Part shown: in pieces, positions 18,215-26,635 of the stretch
Numbering within the stretch: position 1 is the first letter of the stretch
How the letters are laid out: each line of letters opens with the position of its first letter
Source of the DNA: Candidatus Ornithoclostridium excrementipullorum
GTDB taxonomy: Bacteria; Bacillota; Clostridia; Christensenellales; UBA3700
Length of the DNA: 64,000 bases
Assembly (NCBI GenBank): GCA_018716085.1
Contig: DVKK01000002.1
Coordinates: 15,380 to 79,379 of the forward strand
Reading direction: 5' to 3'
Notes under the pieces: model-generated
Told to the model about the DNA's origin: nothing
The model's input: the letters and a program-made list of their open reading frames with translations, nothing else
Databases searched by the model: none
Position numbers and translations under genes: made by a program

Positions 18215-19492
18215 CTATCTCTCTATATCGGGTATCTCCGACATATCGACCTTTTCGCCTCCTCGGCGCCGCGACAGTTCCGCCGCGGTGACGATCCTGT
18301 GACTTTCCACCGTTTCCGATATCCAGGTGTACTGACCTTTCGGATCGAGCTCTCCTTTGAGCATATCGACGGTCGCCTTGGTGACACCCTCGTCGCCGCC
18401 GTAATGCCCCTTTATCACCGGTATGATATTGACTATTATCTTTTTCTTCTTTTTGTCGAACAGCCTAAGCTCTATCACGCTGCCGGTATCGTCAGCTATG
18501 AGTTCGCCTTTCGTGCCGCGTATCTCCGTATGGCGGTGATCCTTCTCGTTGAACGCATTGGCGGTCATCACTATGCGGACGCCGTTCTCCATCTCCATGT
18601 TGACGGTCTGGCAGTCCACGACGTCGTTGTCGCATCCGAACACGCAGCGCGACCAGAGTCTGCCGCGTTCGCCGTTCTTCAACGCGTCGATAACGTCGGC
18701 TTTCTTCGGACTGACGCTGAACGCGTACGTGCCCCACGGGAATTTGTTCTTCTTACAGCCTCTGCCTACGTACTGATAGGTGCATTCGTAGATGCACTCG
18801 TCTTTGTACTTGCAGTCGAAACAGCTGTCCGCCGCCCCTTCGGGAGCGTTGTCCGAGTTGAAGAAACTCAAACTGCCGTAAGACGACAGGCTCTTGCACT
18901 TCGCCCCTGCGAACCAATAGAGCAGATCCATATCGTGACAGCATTTTGCGAGCAGCATCGGGGACGTATCCTCTTCTCTGCGCCAGTTGCCCCTCACGTA
19001 ACTGTGGCAGAAGTGCCACCACGAGATATGTTCGTCGTGCTTTATCAGCTTTACGTCGCCCAGCACGCCGGAATCGAGCAATTCCTTTATCTTTCTGTAA
19101 TAGTTCGCGTAACGCAACACGTGGCATACCAGGACCTTCCTGTTGTGTTCGCGCGCGTATTTTTCTATTTCAAGACACTCCGCGATGTTCGGACTGACGG
19201 GTTTTTCGAGAAGCAGATCGTATCCGAGCCCGAGCGCTTTCATCGCGTGTCCGTAATGGTCCTTATCCTGCGTCGCTATGACCATTATGTCGGCGACTTT
19301 GCCCTGCGCGAAAAACGCGTCCTCGTCCGTGAAACAGGCTTTGTCGTCAAGCTTCCACGCAGACTTCACGTTGTCGATCTTCGCCTGATACTTGTCGCAG
19401 ACGGACGTTATCTTCACGTCCGGCATCGCGTTGAGATGTCCGCCGTAATTGCGGCCTCTCGAACCCAGACCTATCACCGCTACCGTGTACAT
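18215..19492 (-). CDS. Gfo/Idh/MocA family oxidoreductase (copy 3) with a cysteine-rich insertion
   Basis: 425 aa. Rossmann start VAVIGLGSRG, LLEKP, then an insert with C-x2-C-x5-C-x3-C plus four more Cys (residues ~224-294). Confidence 0.8.
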   Translation of the reverse strand: MYTVAVIGLGSRGRNYGGHLNAMPDVKITSVCDKYQAKIDNVKSAWKLDDKACFTDEDAFFAQGKVADIMVIATQDKDHYGHAMKALGLGYDLLLEKPVSPNIAECLEIEKYAREHNRKVLVCHVLRYANYYRKIKELLDSGVLGDVKLIKHDEHISWWHFCHSYVRGNWRREEDTSPMLLAKCCHDMDLLYWFAGAKCKSLSSYGSLSFFNSDNAPEGAADSCFDCKYKDECIYECTYQYVGRGCKKNKFPWGTYAFSVSPKKADVIDALKNGERGRLWSRCVFGCDNDVVDCQTVNMEMENGVRIVMTANAFNEKDHRHTEIRGTKGELIADDTGSVIELRLFDKKKKKIIVNIIPVIKGHYGGDEGVTKATVDMLKGELDPKGQYTWISETVESHRIVTAAELSRRRGGEKVDMSEIPDIER

Positions 19493-19502
19493 ACAGCCTC
19501 CG

Positions 19503-20336
19503 TCAAACTCCCGAATACGCCGAGAACCCGCCGTCGATCGGCACGACGATACCGGTCACGAAACCCGCCTTCGTGTCGTCGGTCAGCCACGTCAGCGTGC
19601 CGAGTATCTCTTCCGGTTCGCCGAAACGCCCCATCGGCGTGCTGGCGAGTATCTTCTTCGACCTCTCCGTGGGAGCCCCGTTCTCGTCGAAGAGCAGACC
19701 GTAATTCTGCTTGGTGACGAAAAATCCGGGAGCGATGGCGTTGACCCTGATGCCCTCTTTCGCAAAGTGGACCGCAAGCCATTCGGTGAAATTGCTCACC
19801 GACGCCTTGGCGCCGCTGTATGCGGGTATCCTGGTCAGAGGTCTGAACGCATTCATCGAAGAGACGTTTATTATATTGCCTCCTCTGCCGACCATATCTT
19901 TGGCAAAGACCTGAGTGGTCAGGAAGGTCGCAAGGAAGTTGAGTTTGAATACGAAATCCACCCCGTTTCCGTCGAGATCGAAAAAGCTCTTGACGTCGGG
20001 ATCCTTCATATCCGCTTCGCTGAAATAATCGTGACTGGTCGTTCCCTTGGGATTGTTGCCTCCCGCGCCGTTGATCAGTATGTCGGTATGTCCCAGCTCG
20101 GCATTGATCGAGCTCTTCGCCTTCTCCATGCTTTCCTTTTCCAGACAGTTGACGGCATACGCCTTCGCGACGCCCCCTTCCGCGACTATCTCGTCCGCGA
20201 CCTTCTGCGCCGCGGCGAGATTGAGATCGAGCACGGCAACCTTCGCTCCGAGCTTCGCATACTCTTTCGCCATCATGCTGCACAGGACTCCGCCCGCGCC
20301 GGTTATCACGACTACCTTGTCTTTGTAAACGTTCAT
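19503..20336 (-). CDS. Short-chain dehydrogenase/reductase, UxuB-like (fructuronate/D-mannonate oxidoreductase type)
   Basis: Track ORF trimmed to MNVYKDKVVVITGAGGVLC (GGGGAGGAG RBS). TGxxxGxG, NGAGGN and SDR catalytic-region pattern. It sits directly downstream of uxuA, as in Firmicute hexuronate clusters. Confidence 0.75.
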   Translation of the reverse strand: MNVYKDKVVVITGAGGVLCSMMAKEYAKLGAKVAVLDLNLAAAQKVADEIVAEGGVAKAYAVNCLEKESMEKAKSSINAELGHTDILINGAGGNNPKGTTSHDYFSEADMKDPDVKSFFDLDGNGVDFVFKLNFLATFLTTQVFAKDMVGRGGNIINVSSMNAFRPLTRIPAYSGAKASVSNFTEWLAVHFAKEGIRVNAIAPGFFVTKQNYGLLFDENGAPTERSKKILASTPMGRFGEPEEILGTLTWLTDDTKAGFVTGIVVPIDGGFSAYSGV

Positions 20337-20366
20337 TTTCTCCTCCCCGTGTTTATATCCACGCAA

Positions 20367-21431
20367 TTATACGGTTTTGACGTATTCGCCGCGGGCCTTG
20401 CCCACAGCCTCTATGATCCCGTCCAGATACATCGCGCCGAGCGCGCGGTCATACAGTCCGTATCCCGCTCTTCCCGTCTCGCCCCAGATCATTCTGCCGT
20501 GATCGGGTCTGACGTATCCGTCGAACTTTGCGTCGTAAAGCGCGCTTACTATCTCGTACATATCCAGACTTCCCCTGTCGGATATGTGTCCGCTCTCTTC
20601 GAAACAGCGGTCGCCCGTGATCTTCACGTTGCGCAGATGCGCGAACGCTATCCTGTCGCCGCATTTCCTTATCATTGCCGGCAGGTCGTTGGCGGGATCG
20701 ACTCCCAGCGAACCGGTGCAGAAAGTAACGCCGTTGGCGGGGCTGTCGACGATCGAGAACATCCGCTCGAAACTCGCCGCGCCGGTGATTATCCTCGGCA
20801 GACCGAATATGCCCCACGGCGGGTCGTCGGGGTGGATCGCCATCCTTACGCCGCACTCCTCAGCTACGGGCACGACTTCTTTGAGGAACGTCGCGAAATT
20901 CGCCCACAGTTTTTCCTCGTCAACGCCCGCGTATCTTCCGAGCAGTTCTTTGAGCCCGTCTTTGGTATAACTCTCGTCCCAGCCCGGCAGACTGAGTTCG
21001 CTTTTGAGCGGATCGAGCGACAACACCGTATCGCGGTCGTAAGCCAGGGCGTTGGATCCGTCGGCAAGCTGTTTGGAAAGGTCGCTGCGCAGCCAGTCGA
21101 ATACCGGCATGAAGTTGTAGCAAATGCACTTTACGCCCGCCTTGCCCAATCTTCTCACGTTTTCCTTGTAGTTGTCTATCAGCCTTTCCGCGTCGGGACC
21201 GCCGAGCTTGATCTCCTCGTGTACGGGCACGCTCTCGACCACTTCGAAAGCGAGTCCTTTCGCTTCGGCGAGCTTCTTGATCCTGCCTATGCTCTCCTCG
21301 CTCCACACCTCTCCGACGGGAGTGTCGTAGACGGCGGACACTATGCCCGTCATGCACGGGATCTGTCTTATGGCGTCGAGGGTCGTCTTGTCGTCCTCTC
21401 CGTACCATCTGAACGTCATCTTAAAAGCCAT
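20367..21431 (-). CDS. uxuA: Mannonate dehydratase
   Basis: 354 aa. The start [21 protein letters not shown] and overall pattern are characteristic of UxuA. Confidence 0.9.
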   Translation of the reverse strand: MAFKMTFRWYGEDDKTTLDAIRQIPCMTGIVSAVYDTPVGEVWSEESIGRIKKLAEAKGLAFEVVESVPVHEEIKLGGPDAERLIDNYKENVRRLGKAGVKCICYNFMPVFDWLRSDLSKQLADGSNALAYDRDTVLSLDPLKSELSLPGWDESYTKDGLKELLGRYAGVDEEKLWANFATFLKEVVPVAEECGVRMAIHPDDPPWGIFGLPRIITGAASFERMFSIVDSPANGVTFCTGSLGVDPANDLPAMIRKCGDRIAFAHLRNVKITGDRCFEESGHISDRGSLDMYEIVSALYDAKFDGYVRPDHGRMIWGETGRAGYGLYDRALGAMYLDGIIEAVGKARGEYVKTV

Positions 21432-22802
21432 TTATTTCTCCTCCGTAAGCTCTGCGGCATTGCCGTAGCACAGTCTGTACGCGACTTCCGCCGCACGATC
21501 CTTATCTCCGCGGGCACGGTCGGCAAGCCAGTTGCAGACGATCTGTCTGTAATAGTCGTGGCGCGTGTACGACAGGAAACTGCGGCTGTCCGTCAGCATC
21601 CCGACGATCGAACAGATATGTCCGAGTTCTCCCACGGTATCCAAAGTCTCCCTCATTCCACGCTCGTGATCGCAGAACCACCAGCTTATCCCGATATGCA
21701 CTCTTCTGAACGCGCCCGCAAGCGTGGTCAGCGGATAATACGCCGTCGGATTGAGAGAATATATTATCGTTTCGGGCAGCGCGCCCGCATTGTTCATCGC
21801 GTCGAGCATGGCGCGTACGCTCGCGGTCGGTACCGGATCCGCCACACAGTCGAATCCGCCGTCCGCGCCTTTTTCGGCGAACATACGGGAGTTGCAGTTG
21901 CGCGCTACGGACAGGTGCAGCTGCATCACCATGCCTCGTTCGGCATATTCCCTCGCAAGGAACAGATATACCGCCCCTTTGAACGCGTCGACGTCCTCCG
22001 CGCTCACGCGCTTCCCGTTTATTATATCCGAATATATACGCGCCGCCGCCTCGTCGTCGGCTATCGCGGAAGGGAAACCTTCGACGCCCACGTCGGAGAA
22101 CTTACATCCCCGCGAAACGAACAGGTCCAACCTCGCGCGCACGGCGGCTTTGAAGCCGTCGAAAGTGTCTGCCGAAACTCCCGCTGCCGACGCCAGACGG
22201 GCGACGTACGCGGCATAATCGGGTTTGTCCGCCGAGACCAGTCTGTCCGTACGGAACGACGGGACCACCTTTATGCCGAACGACTTATCCGCGGCGATCA
22301 GATCGTGCCAGTGCAGGTCGTCGCAGGGATCGTCCGTGGTGGCGACGTATTTTACGCCCGCCGCTTCCATGAGTTTGCGCGGCGACATGGCGTTTTCGGC
22401 GATCGCGGCGTTGGCTTTGTCCCATATCCGATCCGCGGTCTCTCGGTTGAGAGGTTCGTCTATACCGAAGAAAAACCCGAGTTCGGACTGCACCCAATCC
22501 TTGATCGGATTGCCGAAAGCGTAACCTACCGTCTCCGCAAAAGCGCGGAAGCGGCTCTTCATGTCGGCGCTTCCCGTGACGAGCTCTTCGTCTACGCCGA
22601 AGCCTCTCTCCAATCTCCATTTATAGTGATCGCCGAGCAGCCATATCTCTCCGATATTGCCGAACGGCCTGTCCTCGTATATCTCCTCGGGAGAGAGGTG
22701 ACAGTGATAGTCTATGATCGGAAGATCCCTGACCTCGCGGTACAATTCCTCCGCCTCGGGACTGCGGATAAGGCGCACCGTTTTATCTCTGTACCCGACC
22801 AC
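21432..22802 (-). CDS. uxaC: Glucuronate isomerase
   Basis: 456 aa. LPIIDYHCHLSPEEIYED is the hallmark UxaC N-terminus. GTG start with GGAGGAG 6 nt upstream, located inside the 3' end of kdgK. Confidence 0.9.
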   Translation of the reverse strand: MVGYRDKTVRLIRSPEAEELYREVRDLPIIDYHCHLSPEEIYEDRPFGNIGEIWLLGDHYKWRLERGFGVDEELVTGSADMKSRFRAFAETVGYAFGNPIKDWVQSELGFFFGIDEPLNRETADRIWDKANAAIAENAMSPRKLMEAAGVKYVATTDDPCDDLHWHDLIAADKSFGIKVVPSFRTDRLVSADKPDYAAYVARLASAAGVSADTFDGFKAAVRARLDLFVSRGCKFSDVGVEGFPSAIADDEAAARIYSDIINGKRVSAEDVDAFKGAVYLFLAREYAERGMVMQLHLSVARNCNSRMFAEKGADGGFDCVADPVPTASVRAMLDAMNNAGALPETIIYSLNPTAYYPLTTLAGAFRRVHIGISWWFCDHERGMRETLDTVGELGHICSIVGMLTDSRSFLSYTRHDYYRQIVCNWLADRARGDKDRAAEVAYRLCYGNAAELTEEK

Positions 22803-23805
22803 TTCCGTCTCCTCCCATGAGTTTCTCGACTTCCGATGCCGAAACGGCGTTGAAATCGCCCTCTATCGTATGTTTGAGGCACGAAGCCGCGACCGCGAAT
22901 TCGAGCGCGTACCTCTCGCCTTTTCCGCTGCGCAGTCCGTGGATAAGTCCCGCTCCGAAGCTGTCGCCTCCGCCCACTCTGTCTATGATGCTGACGTCGT
23001 AACGTTTGCTTTCGTAGACCGCGTCCGCCGTCACGTACAGCGCCGACCAACCGTTGCGGTTGGCGCTGTAACTCTCGCGCAGAGTAAACGCCGCGCCTTT
23101 CAGTCGCGGGAACGCTTTCAGCAGCTTGCGTCCTATCTGAACGTATCCGTCTTTGGACAGACTTCCGTCCTTTATACTGCTGCCCTCGGCCTCGATCCCG
23201 AACACGTCTTTGCAGTCTTCCTCGTTGCTGATGAGCACGTCCACCTTTTTCACGAGCTCGCTCATCACTTCGCCCGCCTTTTGCTTGCTCCAGAGTTTTT
23301 TGCGGAAATTGAGATCGCACGACACGGTAACGCCGCGTCTTTCCGCCTCCGCGAGCAAAGCCGCGGTCATATCCGCCGCACGGTCGGATATCGCGGGCGT
23401 GATCCCCGTCCAATGGAACCAGTCCGCCCCTTCCATGACCGCCGCCGCGTCGTAGTCTTCGGGAGCGATCTCGCTTATCGCGCTGTGCGCGCGGTCATAT
23501 ATGACCTGTGACGGTCTTTGCGAAAATCCCTTTTCGCAGAAATAGATACCCATCCTGTCGCCGCCGCGTACGATCTTGCTCACTCCGACGCCGTAACCGC
23601 GCAGCGTGTTCACGCACGCGTCCGCCACGGGATTGAGGGGCAGTTTCGTGAAAAATTCGGCCTCGTCGCCAAGCTGCGCCAAAGATACAGCCACGTTCGC
23701 CTCTCCGCCTCCGTAAACGGCTTCGTAACAGTCTGTCTGAACTATGCGTTTGTACCCGGGCGGTTGGAGCCTCAGCATTATTTCTCCCGCAGTGAGTACG
23801 CTCAT
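22783..23805 (-). CDS. kdgK: 2-dehydro-3-deoxygluconokinase (PfkB family)
   Basis: Track ORF 22783..23946 trimmed to MSVLTAGEIMLRLQPPGY...GGGEANVAVSLAQLG (ATG 23803-23805, ATGA overlap with the eda stop). C-terminal DRVGGGDSF motif. Confidence 0.85.
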   Translation of the reverse strand: MSVLTAGEIMLRLQPPGYKRIVQTDCYEAVYGGGEANVAVSLAQLGDEAEFFTKLPLNPVADACVNTLRGYGVGVSKIVRGGDRMGIYFCEKGFSQRPSQVIYDRAHSAISEIAPEDYDAAAVMEGADWFHWTGITPAISDRAADMTAALLAEAERRGVTVSCDLNFRKKLWSKQKAGEVMSELVKKVDVLISNEEDCKDVFGIEAEGSSIKDGSLSKDGYVQIGRKLLKAFPRLKGAAFTLRESYSANRNGWSALYVTADAVYESKRYDVSIIDRVGGGDSFGAGLIHGLRSGKGERYALEFAVAASCLKHTIEGDFNAVSASEVEKLMGGDGSGRVQR

Positions 23806-24452
23806 GCTCTGCCTCCGTTCTTTATCGCGGCGATCTTCGCCGTCAGTTCGCGCGCGGTCTTTTCCACCGCGGCATAATCTCCGGTATTCGCTCCCTTGGT
23901 GAGGAAACTTCCCGCGCCGACCGCGAAAGCTCCCGCCTTGAACCAATCCCCCACATTATCGAGGTTGACTCCTCCGGTAGGCATTATCTCGAGTTGAGGC
24001 AGAGGACCTTTGAGCGCTTTCAGCCCCTTGGGCCCCGCTACGTCGCCGGGGAACAGTTTGACCACTCTCACGCCCAATTCGAGCGCCTTTACCGCCTCGG
24101 TAGGGCTGAACACTCCGGGAACGACGGCAACCGCATATCTGTTGCACAGTCTGACGGTCTCTTCCGACAAAGCGGGAGAAAACACGAACTGCGCGCCCGC
24201 AAGTATCGCCGCTCGCGCCGTTTCGGGGTCGAGCACGCTGCCCGCGCCTATTATCGCTCCGCTCGGGTAACGCTTCGTCAACTCCGCGATGAGTCTGTCT
24301 GCTCCGGGCACGGTAAACGTCACCTCGATAAGTCCGATCCCTCCGGCGATGCAGGCGTCGGCGGTAGCCAACGCTTTCTCGAAGCCGTCTCCTCTTATCA
24401 CGGCGACGACTCCCGTTTGCTTCATTGCGGCGTAAACTTGCTCTCTGTTCAT
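23802..24452 (-). CDS. eda: KDPG / KHG aldolase
   Basis: Track ORF 23802..24566 trimmed to MNREQVYAAMKQTGVVAVIRG (ATG 24450-24452). IEVTF, the GAG.V and KLFP lysine regions, and PTGGV are typical of Eda. Confidence 0.85.
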   Translation of the reverse strand: MNREQVYAAMKQTGVVAVIRGDGFEKALATADACIAGGIGLIEVTFTVPGADRLIAELTKRYPSGAIIGAGSVLDPETARAAILAGAQFVFSPALSEETVRLCNRYAVAVVPGVFSPTEAVKALELGVRVVKLFPGDVAGPKGLKALKGPLPQLEIMPTGGVNLDNVGDWFKAGAFAVGAGSFLTKGANTGDYAAVEKTARELTAKIAAIKNGGRA

Positions 24453-24510
24453 ATCTTTCCTTGTCTTCTCCCCGAACGCGCCGGAGGCGCATCCTTTCGT
24501 TGCCTTTCTT

Positions 24511-24539
24511 ATTATAAAATAGCGCGAGAAAAAATTCAA
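24511..24539 (-). promoter_or_regulatory. Candidate sigma-A promoter of the eda...lipoprotein operon
   Basis: The reverse strand reads TTGAAT-17 nt-TATAAT, about 55 nt upstream of the eda ATG. It is back-to-back with the araC-family promoter. Confidence 0.5.
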
Positions 24540-24559
24540 GTAATAAGATCCGAAAATTA

Positions 24560-24588
24560 TGGACAAAACGGTTGAGCTCTGCTATAAT
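24560..24588 (+). promoter_or_regulatory. Candidate sigma-A promoter of the AraC-family regulator
   Basis: TGGACA-17 nt-TATAAT, 20 nt upstream of the ATG at 24609. Confidence 0.45.
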
Positions 24589-24608
24589 CAAAGCGAACGG
24601 AGGAAATT

Positions 24609-25376
24609 ATGCCAATCATAAACTATATCGGAAAAAACATGAAGACGTACAACGTCTCGCGTCATCAGCACGATTATTGGGAGATCATCTATTGCACTAA
24701 CGGGGACGGCAGGATAGAGTTTTTCGACGGCAACGCGCCGATAGCGTATTCGCGCAACCAGATAGTCATCATCCCGCCGCATACTCTTCACTCCAACACG
24801 TCGGAATCGGGTTTCCGCAACATCTATCTTACGGTCGCCAACTGGACTCCGTCATTCAAAAAAGCGGTGCTTCTGTCCGACAATCCGCAGAAAGACATAT
24901 ACAATGTGCTCAACCTCTGTTACCGTTATTTCAACACGGACACGGGAAATCAGGCCAATATCATCATGTCTTTCACAGAGCTCATCATAAACATACTGTC
25001 CGCATTTGCGGGCACGAACAACTGCTCGCGGCACGTCGAGATAATCGCCTCGGCGATAGTGGAAAACTTCTCCGATCCGTCCTTTTCGCTCGAAGACGTG
25101 TATGCGGAATTCCCGCTGAGCAAGGACTATATACGCCGCCAGTTCATAAAGGAGAAGGGGATATCCCCGCTCCAATTCCTCAACGTGACGCGGATAGGCT
25201 TTGCCCAAAAGCTGTTGCTGAGCAAAAACGTGAACAATTATAAGATATACGAGATCGCGGAAATGTGCGGATTTTCGGATCAACTGTATTTCTCCCGCGT
25301 ATTCAAAAAGATCACGGGAGTCAGCCCGAAAGAATACACCTCCATCCCGAAGAGCGAAAAATACAACAGCGACTGA
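24609..25376 (+). CDS. AraC family transcriptional regulator (cupin sensor plus HTH)
   Basis: 255 aa. N-terminal cupin-like H.HDYWEIIY...IIPPHTLH. The C-terminal dual HTH with ..FSDQLYFSRVFKK.TG.SPKEY is the AraC signature. Divergent from the eda operon. Confidence 0.85.
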   Translation: MPIINYIGKNMKTYNVSRHQHDYWEIIYCTNGDGRIEFFDGNAPIAYSRNQIVIIPPHTLHSNTSESGFRNIYLTVANWTPSFKKAVLLSDNPQKDIYNVLNLCYRYFNTDTGNQANIIMSFTELIINILSAFAGTNNCSRHVEIIASAIVENFSDPSFSLEDVYAEFPLSKDYIRRQFIKEKGISPLQFLNVTRIGFAQKLLLSKNVNNYKIYEIAEMCGFSDQLYFSRVFKKITGVSPKEYTSIPKSEKYNSD

Positions 25377-25392
25377 GCCGCGTACTCAATGC

Positions 25393-25430
25393 AAAAAGAG
25401 CTCCCCGCAAGAGGGAGCTCCTTTATTTAT
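25393..25430. terminator. Bidirectional terminator between the convergent araC-family and LURP-one-like genes
   Basis: A GAGCTCCC/GGGAGCTC hairpin is flanked by an A-run and a T-rich run. Confidence 0.55.
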
Positions 25431-25435
25431 CGGAA

Positions 25436-25924
25436 CTACATATTTTCGTGATCGTAAATGTTGTCGACCGCGGTGACCAGCGCTACCAGAAACGCCGCGT
25501 CCCTGTCTTCGTACGCGGTAAGCGTGAACCCGTCGCGCAGCGTGACCAGATGCTGTTTTATCTCTCCGATAGGCTTGCCCGCCTTTATCACCTCGTATTC
25601 GCGGTTTATTATATCGCCCTTTACTTCCAGATCGCCGTCGGGACTCTCCACGGTAAATCTGTCCCCGAAAAATTTCAGCCTCCGCCTTACGAAAGCGACG
25701 ACGTTGCCCTGCGGATCGCGGATATAACATTTCCCGAAGAAGAGCGTGAACGCCTTGTTTATCACTACGTAAAGTTCTTTGCCGTCGAGCGTCTGCACGC
25801 TTTTCTTTCTGCCCCAGGACAAGACCTTGCCCTGCACCACAAAGCGCGGCTGCCCGTTTTCGTCCTTGACCTGCGAACTGCCCCTCAAAGAAAAGAAATT
25901 GTTCTTGAACACCAATCTTATCAT
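25436..25924 (-). CDS. LURP-one-related / DUF567 (tubby C-terminal-like) family protein
   Basis: 162 aa. The pattern FSLRGSS.V.DENG...F.V.GK..S...K..L.D..G.EL...N.K....... and the size fit the LOR/DUF567 family. Confidence 0.65.
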   Translation of the reverse strand: MIRLVFKNNFFSLRGSSQVKDENGQPRFVVQGKVLSWGRKKSVQTLDGKELYVVINKAFTLFFGKCYIRDPQGNVVAFVRRRLKFFGDRFTVESPDGDLEVKGDIINREYEVIKAGKPIGEIKQHLVTLRDGFTLTAYEDRDAAFLVALVTAVDNIYDHENM

Positions 25925-26076
25925 AAATTCCTCCTTCCGCCTACGGTCTATATATTATATCATGCTTTGCGCGTCAAAGCAATACGACCGCGATAATGAG
26001 ATCGGGGCTTATCCTCGCTTATAATATGCAGTAAAAGACCGCACCTGTTTCCGTTTTTCGCCCGCTCCGATACGGA

Positions 26077-26511
26077 TCAGGCATCTGTCAAAACCTGCTT
26101 TCTGTCCTCGAACAATACGGATACCCACTCGGGCGCACCGCACACTTCGTAATTCACGAGATCTTTCTGAACTATGCCCGCGCCTATGCCGAGTTTGAGT
26201 ATCTCTCCGTCCCCGAGATCGATATCCGCCGCGATCACGGGTCCGATATAACCTTCTCCGCCCGCTTTCATTTTCGAGTTGCGGAGCTGACGGACGAGAG
26301 CCGCCGCTTCCTCACGCGTCAGAGAAGCGGTATAGTCGGTCTCTCCTTCGGACAGATACAGCCTCGCCCCGCGCACGTCGTCCGCCGATACGCCGTCCGG
26401 CAGCTCTCTCCCGTCCGTCCACGTCGCGCTCCACACTATCATCGTGGCCGACAGCGCTATCACGACAACTGCCAGCGCCGAAACCGTTATCCAAAATACC
26501 CTTTTGCTCAT
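26077..26511 (-). CDS. Membrane-anchored hypothetical protein
   Basis: 144 aa with an N-terminal transmembrane helix (VFWITVSALAVVVIALSATMIVW). AGGAGGG RBS. No family recognised. Confidence 0.5.
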   Translation of the reverse strand: MSKRVFWITVSALAVVVIALSATMIVWSATWTDGRELPDGVSADDVRGARLYLSEGETDYTASLTREEAAALVRQLRNSKMKAGGEGYIGPVIAADIDLGDGEILKLGIGAGIVQKDLVNYEVCGAPEWVSVLFEDRKQVLTDA

Positions 26512-26593
26512 ATCTCCCTCCTTATACGGTTGTAAAAACTATGATTATCACGACTTTATTTTAGCACGCCCAAGCGGATATGTCAATACCGAT

Positions 26594-26617
26594 AAAAAAC
26601 GGAGCGTTTCCGCTCCG
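26594..26617 (-). terminator. Rho-independent terminator after the GH38 gene
   Basis: The reverse strand reads CGGAGCG-GAAA-CGCTCCG followed by TTTTTTATC. Confidence 0.6.
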
Positions 26618-26635
26618 TGATCGGCTGTCGCCGTT

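Noticed and set aside
14265-19492. Reading the Gfo/Idh/MocA, TIM-barrel and GDPD genes as an inositol or glycerophosphoinositol catabolic (iol) cluster.
   Set aside because: IolG-like and IolE/IolI-like folds are compatible with this, but no iolB, iolC, iolD, iolA or iolJ equivalents are present. The genes are welded to a uronate pathway instead. The idea is not fully excluded and is listed as something that would refute the glucuronide hypothesis.
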